IMG/VR virus record: IMGVR_UViG_3300024306_000016 | DNA: 60,545 bases | Reading direction: 5' to 3' (one strand) | Origin: an uncultured virus (IMG/VR IMGVR_UViG_3300024306_000016) | Taxonomy: Duplodnaviria; Heunggongvirae; Uroviricota; Caudoviricetes | Part shown: one piece after another, positions 27,701 through 36,400 of the stretch | Layout: each line of letters opens with the position of its first letter | How positions within the stretch are numbered: position 1 is the first letter of the stretch | Notes under the pieces: generated by a model | Databases searched by the model: none | Told to the model about the DNA's origin: nothing | Seen by the model: the letters and a program-made list of their open reading frames with translations, nothing else | Made by a program: the position numbers and the translations under genes

Positions 27701-28110
27701 CACCATTGACCGTTATTGGCTTCTGCTCCCGGGGCGGTTGTTTGGGGTTCTAGTTGGTCTAGATCGATGTTAGCACGAACGATAAAAACTGAGTTCGTAA
27801 CGCCTAACAAGCTGTATGCTGCTAGTAAACCGTACTCGTTGCGTTCGCCACCGTGGATTGGATTATTTGTAGCTGTCTTTTCAAAGAAAGGTACGCCGAA
27901 GGTATCAATCAAATCCTTCTGGCTAGTGATCTTAAATGCTTTACCTGCATTTGCTTGTAATGTTCCTGCTGCGGTTGCTGTTCCTGCAGCATTCAACTTG
28001 TTCTGGGCTGTTGCCACAACAATCAAAGGAGTCGTACCAGGTTCAGCTGGTGTATAAAAACTCTCGTCGATTACCGTTACGGCTACGCCTGGTGATGTAA
28101 GTGATGCCAT
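24709..28110 (-). CDS. gp18: tail sheath protein (gp18-like) with large insertion domains
   Basis: N-terminal L.SPGV.V..IDES; C-terminal PWFAPAGTRRG, INPI, YGQKT, SALDRINVARL, FEPND..TR, VCDESNNTP..IDRNEL..DIAI.P.KAVEFIYIP. Confidence 0.93.
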   Translation of the reverse strand: MASLTSPGVAVTVIDESFYTPAEPGTTPLIVVATAQNKLNAAGTATAAGTLQANAGKAFKITSQKDLIDTFGVPFFEKTATNNPIHGGERNEYGLLAAYSLLGVTNSVFIVRANIDLDQLEPQTTAPGAEANNGQWWMDTKATAWGIQEWNGMAASTKGGQTFTAQVPLVLTDDDASKIDSGTGAPKASVGVDGNYAVVFQSGSASVEMATIWYKRPVSHPAGSAWVLVGSEDWTASHPTVYSGAKIDTSIAAGQTFKINGNTITLSGANRTALLTNLANTINTFSSQGISGAVVNEKLYLYFSGKNEGDSSVNDALSLEDGTGSWTTIMKISTGVHYAPKLVQSPHTQVPAFKEDDTAPRPSGSVWLKTTEPNNGSRWRMKRWSTVTKVWSAVEAYLYGSTHEADYQLDRAGGGKNLTVDTLFVQTNADELTGANQAPGTATFRIWRRAVKGATSVTSPAKTSAFSAGAKSITISESVVGAIGLNSMTVTTAALTGSVGSISADLEKIAKAINDAAYNELTDVGLKNVSATVNEDNSLTITHAAGGEIRITDTDGVVGSLFGSTYNPYTKSGLANFYASPEGVAVNGYDYLISNWRPLASEGFIPSSSAPTNEPSDGQLWYNPTVSEVDILIHNGVTWKGYRNVYSGTWSGGPIVSASKPTENPDGGALANNDLWIDTSDVEMYPRIYRYKNAGLSSATWVLIDSADQTTEEGILFADARYGVSGATGNIAGAIKDLLSSDYIDFDAPDPALYPKGMLLWNTRRSGGNVKQYHNSYVDKDADNTRYLGQAQSLYATGSNDAKVFDRWVTASPNNEDGSGSFLRHAQRKVVVSALKSVVDTSAEIRDEERRNFNIIAAPGYPELMSNLVNLNIDRGLTAFVIGDTPLRLPADATSLTTWGTNANLVTDNGDDGIVTYDNYLSVFYPNGFTTDLGGYNAVVPASHMMLKTITLSDNVSYPWFAPAGTRRGGITNATAVGYIDADTGEFQTVALNNGQRDTLYDLKINPIAFFNGVGLVNYGQKTRDPNASALDRINVARLVVYLRSQLNKLARPYIFEPNDKITRDEIKQACESLLLELVGLRALYDFAVVCDESNNTPSRIDRNELWVDIAISPVKAVEFIYIPLRVKNTGEI

Positions 28111-28213
28111 TCCCTATTCTCCTGGTAATAGTTGCTCAATGTATTTACCAGGATATTGGAAAAACACTAGGTTACAACCAAAGAAAAAGGGGTCATAAAG
28201 GGCTAAATATTGG

Positions 28214-28549
28214 GTGAGACCTCTTTGTAAATGCGGACAACGACCTCGAGCCGTCAACTATCATAGAGACGGCCGTACATATTATAGAAGCCTATGCGAA
28301 GTTTGCATGGCTAACGGGCTCAACCACGGAATCCCTAGATGGTATAGGGCTGGTTATCGTAAAAAATCACAGTGCGATAAATGCGGATTCCGTAGTCCAC
28401 ACAAAGAGGTCTTTTCAGTTTTCCATATAGACGGAGACCTGAATAACTGTCGCCCTAGCAACTTAAAAACAATCTGTGCCAACTGTGCGCAGGTACTCAG
28501 TAAGGACGGTATTACTTGGCGTCAAGGGGATCTCGTCGCTGATTACTAG
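28214..28549 (+). CDS. Zn-binding HNH-like protein
   Basis: CxC, CxxC, CxxC, HIDGDLNN..SNLKTICANC; TAAATA 4 nt before the GTG start. Confidence 0.65.
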   Translation: MRPLCKCGQRPRAVNYHRDGRTYYRSLCEVCMANGLNHGIPRWYRAGYRKKSQCDKCGFRSPHKEVFSVFHIDGDLNNCRPSNLKTICANCAQVLSKDGITWRQGDLVADY

Positions 28550-29152
28550 AGTTCTAACCTGTGTGTAAAGATCGTCTAGCGATCCGTTGTTATCAATGAT
28601 ACTATCAAAATCAGTGCCAACCCAAGCAGTTTCTGACGCATGTATCTTACGCATTTTTAGATCATTGATAGCGATATTACTACCTTTATTGGCTTCTACG
28701 GCAGTTTCATACCAGTCAGGAAGAGCTCCACGCTGTACCCAGATAATCTTGCCACCTGCGTTGCGTATGCTTTGTATTTCATTAGGAAATCGACAATCGG
28801 AAATAACTACGTGATCTTTTGAGTTACGGATTTTGTTTTCTAGACTAGCGATCCAGATATCATCATGGAATCCTTTGCGGCATACTTCTGTTCCCCAGTA
28901 TTGCAGGACCCAACGGGGAGTAAGTGTAGGCATATCTAGGCGTTCAGCCCACCAAGGATCTACCTGTTCTCGCCATTCACGGGCTTCTTTAGTGCGCCCT
29001 TCTAAGAGTGTGCGATCCCATCCAAAAACGGCTGCACAAGCATCTTTTAGTGTGTTAGCAAAACTTTCTCTACGGAACTCGTGAAAGTTAACCAGATAGT
29101 CAGCGACTGTGTCTTTGCCGCTACCGATAAAACCGCAAATACCAATGATCAT
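28463..29152 (-). CDS. gp1: deoxynucleoside monophosphate kinase (T4 gp1-like)
   Basis: IIGICGFIGSGKDT, SFA..LKD, TPRWVLQ.WGTE, VISDCRFPNE, HASE, IDNNGS. Start at 29152 after GGAG. Confidence 0.88.
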   Translation of the reverse strand: MIIGICGFIGSGKDTVADYLVNFHEFRRESFANTLKDACAAVFGWDRTLLEGRTKEAREWREQVDPWWAERLDMPTLTPRWVLQYWGTEVCRKGFHDDIWIASLENKIRNSKDHVVISDCRFPNEIQSIRNAGGKIIWVQRGALPDWYETAVEANKGSNIAINDLKMRKIHASETAWVGTDFDSIIDNNGSLDDLYTQVRTLVISDEIPLTPSNTVLTEYLRTVGTDCF

Positions 29153-29172
29153 AATATTCTCCAATAAAGAAT

Positions 29173-29201
29173 ATTATAAACAAGTATTAGCCTAAGGTCA
29201 A
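29173..29201 (-). promoter_or_regulatory. sigma70-type early promoter for the dNMP kinase
   Basis: TTGACC-N17-TATAAT. Confidence 0.75.
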
Positions 29202-29956
29202 CCGATAATCCAGGTATAACCAGAACCGCCGGGCACCAATTTCATCAAATCGTCAGTGAGTTTATCGATTTCAGCTTGAGCTTCTGTTTTAAGAGCAGCA
29301 CCGTTTAGCTGAGTTCCGCCTTGTGGTCCAGCGATCTGCCCAAACTTTTCACGTGCTTGTCCTAGCATGAGCTTGCAGTTAGCTAGGCTATAATCTTTGA
29401 TCCATTGGCTAGCATAGACATCGTCAATGATTGCCCAGTCTGGTCTTGTGTTGTAGCACCATAATAACACCTGCTCCTCAGCCCTAGGACGCTGTTGGAT
29501 TACTAACTTTCGACTTTGAGGATGCCATGTAAAGTTGATAAATGCTCCAAACATTTTACCTACGAGTTCTTGATATTGCGCAAATAACTCGTAGGTTAGC
29601 AAACCGCCCATATTAGTCGAGCTTAACAAATAGGTATTTGTATAGGCTAGGTTAAAGGGCTCAAAAACAGTACCACCTACGCCCGAGCCAGTCCTGCTTC
29701 CGATGCTTCTACGAAACACTTGGCGAACCTGTTGTACCTCTTTTGGTAAGATGTACTCGTTGGTATCCGGCAGCAGATCTAAGAAAATATAACTTTCTTC
29801 TACGGCGTTATCGCTCCTTTGTCTAAAAACAGCGATAGCCCTATCAAGGGCAGTTTCATAATGTTTAGGATCTAGTTCTACATCTATCATACCATCGCCT
29901 AGCATGGTTTTGCAGTAGTTGTAGACTGATTGTCTTGCGGTATCGATTTGGCTCAT
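29198..29956 (-). CDS. gp13: neck protein (gp13-like)
   Basis: LG..MIDVEL, WIKDYSLA..K..LGQAR.KF..I.GPQGG..LNG. Confidence 0.8.
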   Translation of the reverse strand: MSQIDTARQSVYNYCKTMLGDGMIDVELDPKHYETALDRAIAVFRQRSDNAVEESYIFLDLLPDTNEYILPKEVQQVRQVFRRSIGSRTGSGVGGTVFEPFNLAYTNTYLLSSTNMGGLLTYELFAQYQELVGKMFGAFINFTWHPQSRKLVIQQRPRAEEQVLLWCYNTRPDWAIIDDVYASQWIKDYSLANCKLMLGQAREKFGQIAGPQGGTQLNGAALKTEAQAEIDKLTDDLMKLVPGGSGYTWIIG

Positions 29957-29961
29957 ACTGT

Positions 29962-29982
29962 TATTTATCGTAGCGGTAAATA
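29962..29982. promoter_or_regulatory. divergent late-promoter-like TAAATA pair between the neck genes
   Basis: TAAATA at 29967-29962 (-) and 29977-29982 (+), each close to an ATG. Confidence 0.55.
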
Positions 29983-29989
29983 TAGTACT

Positions 29990-31255
29990 ATGCCAAGACT
30001 TTCACTTTACCGCCCAGAAAAGGGCAACGATTATAAGTTTTTTGACAAAACTATCTGGGAAATGTTCCAGGTGGGCGGAACTGACGTACTCGTACACAAA
30101 TATCTAGGTTCTGGAACCAGCGGCGCTGGAGCCAGTCCTGCAGCACCTACGTATGACTCCCTAAGTCCTACGAATATACAGGACATGCTGTTGTTGGAAA
30201 ATAGAGATAGAAAATATGATCCAGACGTTTATGTCCTACGAGGAGTTTATAATCTACAAGACATTGACTTTAATCTAAGTCAGTTCGGACTCTTCTTACA
30301 AAACGATACTATTTTTATAACATTCCATATCAATGATACTGTAGAAAAACTTGGCCGTAAGATTATCTCAGGTGATGTTATTGAGCTGCCTCATCTTAAA
30401 GATGAATATGCTCTAAACGATCTACAGTTTGCATTAAAACGATTCTATGTTGTAGAAGATGTAAACCGAGCAGCAGAAGGATTTAGTCCTACTTGGTATC
30501 CACATTTATATCGTGCTAAATGTAAACCTCTAGTTGATAGCCAAGAATACAAAGATATCTTGGATCAGATCCAAACAGATTCTTTTGGTAACCCTACAAA
30601 TACTACACTTCGAGACATTGTCAGCACCTATGAAAAAGAAATGCAGATCACTAAAGCTGTCATGGATCAGGCAGATGCTGATGTACCTAAGAGTGGATTT
30701 GACACCAGTAAGTTCTATACCATACAGATCGATCCGGATACTAAGAAGGCAGCGTTAGTTACAGTTGACAGCACCAGTGAGCTGTTAATACCATCTACCG
30801 ATACTAATGGCAATACCATCTACGATGAAACAGGTGAGCCAGTATACATGAGTGTGACTGCCGATACTATATTCAAGAGTGCTGATCATAGTGATTATTC
30901 AGGATATCTACTTGAAGACGGTATTCCGGCGAATGGTGCTCCATTCTCTGCTGGCATAGCGTTTCCTATAAATCCTACAGAAGGGCAGTTTGCTCTACGT
31001 ACAGATTATCTACCTAATAGATTGTTTAGATTCAACGGAGCACGTTGGATCAAGATTGAAGATAATGTAAGAATGACCATGGACAATCTTGGTGCTACTG
31101 ATGTAGGAACTGGCGATAGATACGAAGGCAAAGACAATCGTCAGACACAGAAAACCAGCTTCATTAACAACACAAAAACTGATACGATCAACGGTCATGT
31201 TACTAAAGAAAAACAGAGCTTGTCAAAAGCTCTTAGACCACAGGCGGACGAGTAA
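29990..31255 (+). CDS. gp14: neck/head-closure protein (gp14-like) with C-terminal extension
   Basis: LSQFGLFL..D.IFITFH, GDVIELP; positioned between gp13- and gp15-like genes. Confidence 0.65.
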   Translation: MPRLSLYRPEKGNDYKFFDKTIWEMFQVGGTDVLVHKYLGSGTSGAGASPAAPTYDSLSPTNIQDMLLLENRDRKYDPDVYVLRGVYNLQDIDFNLSQFGLFLQNDTIFITFHINDTVEKLGRKIISGDVIELPHLKDEYALNDLQFALKRFYVVEDVNRAAEGFSPTWYPHLYRAKCKPLVDSQEYKDILDQIQTDSFGNPTNTTLRDIVSTYEKEMQITKAVMDQADADVPKSGFDTSKFYTIQIDPDTKKAALVTVDSTSELLIPSTDTNGNTIYDETGEPVYMSVTADTIFKSADHSDYSGYLLEDGIPANGAPFSAGIAFPINPTEGQFALRTDYLPNRLFRFNGARWIKIEDNVRMTMDNLGATDVGTGDRYEGKDNRQTQKTSFINNTKTDTINGHVTKEKQSLSKALRPQADE

Positions 31256-32775
31256 TGGATTATTTCTACGACGGACAGATAAGGCGTTATATCACACAGT
31301 TCATGAGAGTATTCATGGGCTTCAAATATAAGGCTGGCGGTGATACTCCAGAAGAACGATATGTACCAGTGGCATATGGAGATCCTACTCGCATGGTAGC
31401 TTCCATAATCCGCGAAAACAGCGAAAATAAAATGCCTACAGTTCCAAAAATCGCTTGTTACATCACAGGGCTTGAAATAGACAAGGAACGATTAGCTGAC
31501 CCTACTTTTGTTAGCAAGGTAAACATACGTGAGCGAGCCTATACCAAAGACACAGAAACAGGTCTAGTTGAATATAAAAATATACAAGGCGGCAACTATA
31601 CCATCGAAAGGTTGATGCCAACTCCATATAAGTTGACTATGAAAGCTGACATATGGACCAGCAATACTGATCAAAAACTACAACTACTAGAACAAATATT
31701 AGTGTTGTTTAATCCTAGTCTCGAAATACAAACCACAGACAACTATGTCGATTGGACCAGCATCACGGTCATGAATCTAGGAGCCATATCTTTTAGTTCT
31801 AGGAGTATTCCACAAGGTGCAGACACAGAAATAGACATCTGTAGTCTAGATTTTGATATGCCCATATACCTAACACCTCCTGCAAAGGTTAAGAGATTGG
31901 GCATCGTCAAGGCAATCATAAACAATGCCTTTACCGAAAACGGCGATGTTGTAAATCTAGAAGGTCTGGTCTATAATAGAGCCAAGGGCAAGTTCCAAAC
32001 TACTACTAATAACTATAGAGTATTATTGTTTAAATCACAGAACGGACAGCCTTATGACTATGATGTCACTATCGCTGATCCGACACAAGCCATACTGAGC
32101 ATGGGCTTAGATCAACGTATGCTAAAGACTGGAGCACCTATCGATTGGAACAGTATCTTAGAAATGCAGGGAGGATATACTCCTGGTAGTCTGATGTATT
32201 TTGATCAACCAACCGGTTATACAATGGTAGGTCCATTTGCTATCAATCCTGTAGATCCTAGTGTCATAGTAGTCACATTTGATCCAGATACGATTCCTGC
32301 AAACACATTGATCACCGACGACGGAGTTATCGATCCAACTGGTAGAGGAACAGTAGATGCTATTATTGATCCCTACAAGTTTAATCCTAGAGAAGTATAC
32401 GGGGCTCCTGAAAATATTCCTACAACACTTAGATATCTCATGCTTGATGATGTCAATAATAGTGCAAATGTAGGTGGGTTTATTGATCCCAATAGAGGCA
32501 CTATACATACAGATTCTAGTCTCGATTCATATGATGGTCCGGATGGTTGGAAAAATGCCAATGACAGTGACCCAGTGATTAAAGCAAATACTGTTATAAG
32601 ATGGGATGGATCTCGTTGGGTTAAAGTATTTGATCCTAACGATTTTACTCCTCCAATCATCATACAGAATCTAAGAACCGGTATCAAATATCGCTGGACT
32701 GGAACAGAATGGCTCAAGGCCTTTGAAGGCGAATATCAACCAAACTTCTGGGGATTCTACCTAGATCCTAAATAA
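31255..32775 (+). CDS. gp15: tail sheath stabiliser/terminator (gp15-like) with C-terminal extension
   Basis: YFYD.QIRRY..QF, VPVAYG, MPTPY.L...DIW, Q.LQLLEQILVLFNP. Confidence 0.8.
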   Translation: MDYFYDGQIRRYITQFMRVFMGFKYKAGGDTPEERYVPVAYGDPTRMVASIIRENSENKMPTVPKIACYITGLEIDKERLADPTFVSKVNIRERAYTKDTETGLVEYKNIQGGNYTIERLMPTPYKLTMKADIWTSNTDQKLQLLEQILVLFNPSLEIQTTDNYVDWTSITVMNLGAISFSSRSIPQGADTEIDICSLDFDMPIYLTPPAKVKRLGIVKAIINNAFTENGDVVNLEGLVYNRAKGKFQTTTNNYRVLLFKSQNGQPYDYDVTIADPTQAILSMGLDQRMLKTGAPIDWNSILEMQGGYTPGSLMYFDQPTGYTMVGPFAINPVDPSVIVVTFDPDTIPANTLITDDGVIDPTGRGTVDAIIDPYKFNPREVYGAPENIPTTLRYLMLDDVNNSANVGGFIDPNRGTIHTDSSLDSYDGPDGWKNANDSDPVIKANTVIRWDGSRWVKVFDPNDFTPPIIIQNLRTGIKYRWTGTEWLKAFEGEYQPNFWGFYLDPK

Positions 32776-32782
32776 GTAGTTG

Positions 32783-33172
32783 ATGCAACAACGAGCCGGA
32801 CTACTATTTTTAGCCAAAAATACCAAACGTATATTGATGGTACTGGAAGATGAAAAATGGACAGTACCGACTTTCCCGCGGCAAAACAGCCTGTTAGGTG
32901 ATGCTGAAAATCTGTTAAGCACTTACAGTAAGGGAAAGATCGTTCCTATCGAACTTTATCTCAGCGAAGATCGAGGGTTTGAATACGGAACATACATATG
33001 TCTTGTAGATCAAGAGTTCCTGACACTGGCAGCTAAAACTATTGCTTGGTGCGATTTTGATCTATTGCCCAAGCAGTTGCATCCTGGACTCAGGTCCACA
33101 TTAAATAATCAACTTATTAGAACAAAAATAGAAACTATTATGGAGATGGCCGATGTTTACACCTCTGCTTAA
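32783..33172 (+). CDS. degenerate NUDIX-fold protein
   Basis: RAGLLF...RIL, F.Y.TY.C.V..EF, AW..F..LP..LHPGL; the canonical Nudix box is absent. Confidence 0.5.
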   Translation: MQQRAGLLFLAKNTKRILMVLEDEKWTVPTFPRQNSLLGDAENLLSTYSKGKIVPIELYLSEDRGFEYGTYICLVDQEFLTLAAKTIAWCDFDLLPKQLHPGLRSTLNNQLIRTKIETIMEMADVYTSA

Positions 33173-33422
33173 ATCTGAAAGATTCCTTAACGAGTACGAA
33201 ACATTCAAGAATGAAATAGCAAAAGTCAATGATTACCAGATTCGGGCTCAGCTAGATCAAGAATTAATTTCTCTAAGGACTTCGGTGCAGGCCATTGACG
33301 AAGCCCACGAACAGCTAATGTTTGGCAACAACAATCACGAACTCATCACAGAGCTTAGAGAAAAGATTAAAACTTTACGCCAGAGCATAGATACAAAACT
33401 AAGCGTCTGGCGTGAAAGTTAA
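33153..33422 (+). CDS. coiled-coil hypothetical protein
   Basis: 89-aa helical ORF with a GGAG RBS. Confidence 0.6.
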   Translation: MFTPLLKSERFLNEYETFKNEIAKVNDYQIRAQLDQELISLRTSVQAIDEAHEQLMFGNNNHELITELREKIKTLRQSIDTKLSVWRES

Positions 33423-36400
33423 GCCTGTGCCTCACCCCAACGGATAATCACGTTAGAAGTAGTATTTGATCCAGATGTCTTATAGACGTTGATCGCTAGC
33501 ACGTCTGGACCATTCGGAAAGGTACCACGACCACCAATACTTGTTGATGTGAGTTCTTTCAACCCTGATAGATCTAAGCTGTCTGATCCGCCTGGTAAGC
33601 TAATGAATGAGAATACCTGTTCACCTGGTAGCGCATAAGCGGCACCAAACTGCCATGTAATCGTTGCCGCAGCATTGATGGTAGCGTTTGATGACTGTGT
33701 AAACGACACACGATACACCGTAGTCGCTCCAAAGGTACGTGTACTGATAGCGCCGACCGCTGTACCAGCTGGGAAGCTAGTCACTGTTGTCGCTAAGAAT
33801 GTACCAATAGTAGCTCCTCCTGACGCCCAAGAAGTGCTGTCAAAGAACAGATAGTTAGTATTGGTGTAGCTAGCTCTCGAGCCTGCTGCCGTAACAGTCA
33901 CAGTCACATCATTACCGCTACCGCTGGTTGAGTTAGCATTAGCGTTAGCACTCATTACGACTCGAGTGTATGAAACTGTACTGATTACAGCATAGCCGGT
34001 AGTCACTGATAAAACGGTTTGACCGCCCGTGATAAATGTAGTAGCCGAAAGAGTATCGCCTGCTAAGATTCCGGAGGCGTTCCATTCTGTATCTGTTACC
34101 AAGAAATCACTTCGACCAGTTGTCAATGCCGAACCATAGGCTGCTGTCAACGCCGATGTTGATGTAACAGTAACTGGGTTTGCACCTGCAGGACTGTTAC
34201 CATTACCGTTGGCTGTCATGACGATACGTGCATAGACTGTAGTATTGATAGTAGTATAGTTTTGAGTTATACTGGAAACAGTCTGTCCACCCGTGACATA
34301 GGTTGTAGCACTTAGAACGTCAGTGACTTTTAAGTTTCCACCAAAACCGTTGTATTGACTCTGCGGAATCAAGAAGTCTGCTCTAGTGCTGCTGATAGCA
34401 TTATTATACAGAGCCGCCACAGAGCTAGTAAATGTTACTGTGACGTTTTGAGCACCGTTGGTCGCTGCTACAGGTGATGTTGCTGTAGCCACACCACTTA
34501 GAGTTACTCTGGTGTATGCTACCGAGTTGATAGTGATATAACTTCTTGTAAATCCAGTGACCGTTTGTCCACCAGTGATATAAGTAGTAGCACTGGTTGG
34601 ATCACCGATAGCCAACGGTGTGCTGGCCAGTATCGTATCATAATCGGTATTGCTAATCAAGAAATCGTTACGTGCTGTACTCAATGCGCTACGATACGTT
34701 GAAGAATATGCTGTAGTGATAGTCACCGGAACGTTATTTCCTGAACCAGCGGTTGATGTTCCCGAACCGTTTCGATCCATTACGATACGAGTATATAAAC
34801 CACCGTTGTAGGCTCTGGTCACACTACTAATAACTGAGTTAGCAGCGATGTTGGCACCAGTGACAGCATCACCTGGTTGTGGCACCAATGTTAATGCATC
34901 GTACTGAGTGTTGGTAATCAAGAAATCGTTACGTGCTGTACTGATAGCACTGACGTAAGTGTTGTTACCATATGGCTGACCGTTGGCAAAACCAAGTGCT
35001 GTTACGCTTTGTCCTAGTGTACCAAATGACTGTGCCTGTGCTGTTCTAGTAACCGCAGCAAAACCAGTAGCTGTTAACGTCTGTGTAGATGCCGCAAAGC
35101 TCTTGGCTGTAAGCGTTGTGGTAAACGCACCTTGTACTGTAGAAGTTGTCTGGCTGAAGTTACCGCCCCATGTTACAGAACCGCCTGAAGCTACTTGTGC
35201 AAAGCTAGGTTGGCCACCAGCGGCACTCGATGCTAGACCGTTCCATGTAATCTTTGTAGGATCTGTTGGATAGTTCTGTGGATTTAGAACTCCTTCAATA
35301 ACTAGACCGCCAGTGGTTCCTGAATCAGATGTAATAGAAATATTCTGTAGTAACAACTGCGCACGGTTTAATAGTTCTCTTTCACCAAGGTCACCTGTCT
35401 GTGCGTTTGAAACACTAGGTGCTAGACGTATCAGGAATGCCGTGGTCTTAGCTGTAGAAACTGTGATACCGGAAGCCACATAGTTAAACAGATAACCACG
35501 GTCACTGTCAAACTGACCGTCGATCATGAATGCCGAGCCCCAGTGGCTAATAATAGGGGTAACTGTGCTTGAAACCAGCACAACACCTGCTCCTGAGTTA
35601 TGTGTGGCTGCTGCGCCACCTGAGAATGTCCTGTTAGATCCAGCCACAAACTGAGTCATTGTTGCAGCACGAGTACAACCAGTTAGAGCTGTTCCGCTGT
35701 TGCCAGTAAATCTAATCAATTCTCCGTCGATGCTAACAATACCTGAGGTTGGAAACCAATAACAATCATCGGAGCTCATCGGTACTGTAGTTTGACTGAT
35801 AGTCATCGCTGCAGAAAGTCTTCCTTTAGCACCTTCATTAATGACTTCATAACGAACTGGTTGGTTACCAGTACGCATGTATGCTTCAGCGTTTACGTTG
35901 CTGTTACGGAATCTATGTGCCCATGTATAGTCACCAGTTGGACCACGCAGCATAAAGTCTACAAAGCCAGCACCATACCAGGTCCATTGCATACCAATCA
36001 TCTGCATCTTAGTGACGTCGATATTATAACCAGATGGTCCAGAACCGTCAAGTGGGTCTAGGTTCCATGATTCTTGTGGAATGATCAAGTCTATGGTCTT
36101 ACATGCTCGACCGCCGACTACGTTAGTAACCCCACGATAGTCTGGTGTAACAGTTAGTGCGGTGTCGCTGGTTATACCAGAAACTACATGGCTCATACCT
36201 TTGATAACGATACGATCTCCAACTGCTAGCTGTTGTGTAAATCTTGTGTTAGTTCCTGTTACTGCATTAGAGTTGGCAGCAAGGTTGATAGTTCCTGCCA
36301 ACTGGAATGTCGAACTGCGCTTACCGACAGCCATCCTTTGACCATCATATTGCCAGAACATACCGTTTTGATCGTCAAATGTTCCCGAACGTACTGTAGA

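Noticed and set aside
34654..34942. 28-nt direct repeat as a DGR template/variable repeat or CRISPR repeat
   Set aside because: Only two in-frame copies inside protein repeats, no adenine-specific mismatch pattern, and no reverse transcriptase or cas gene in the window.
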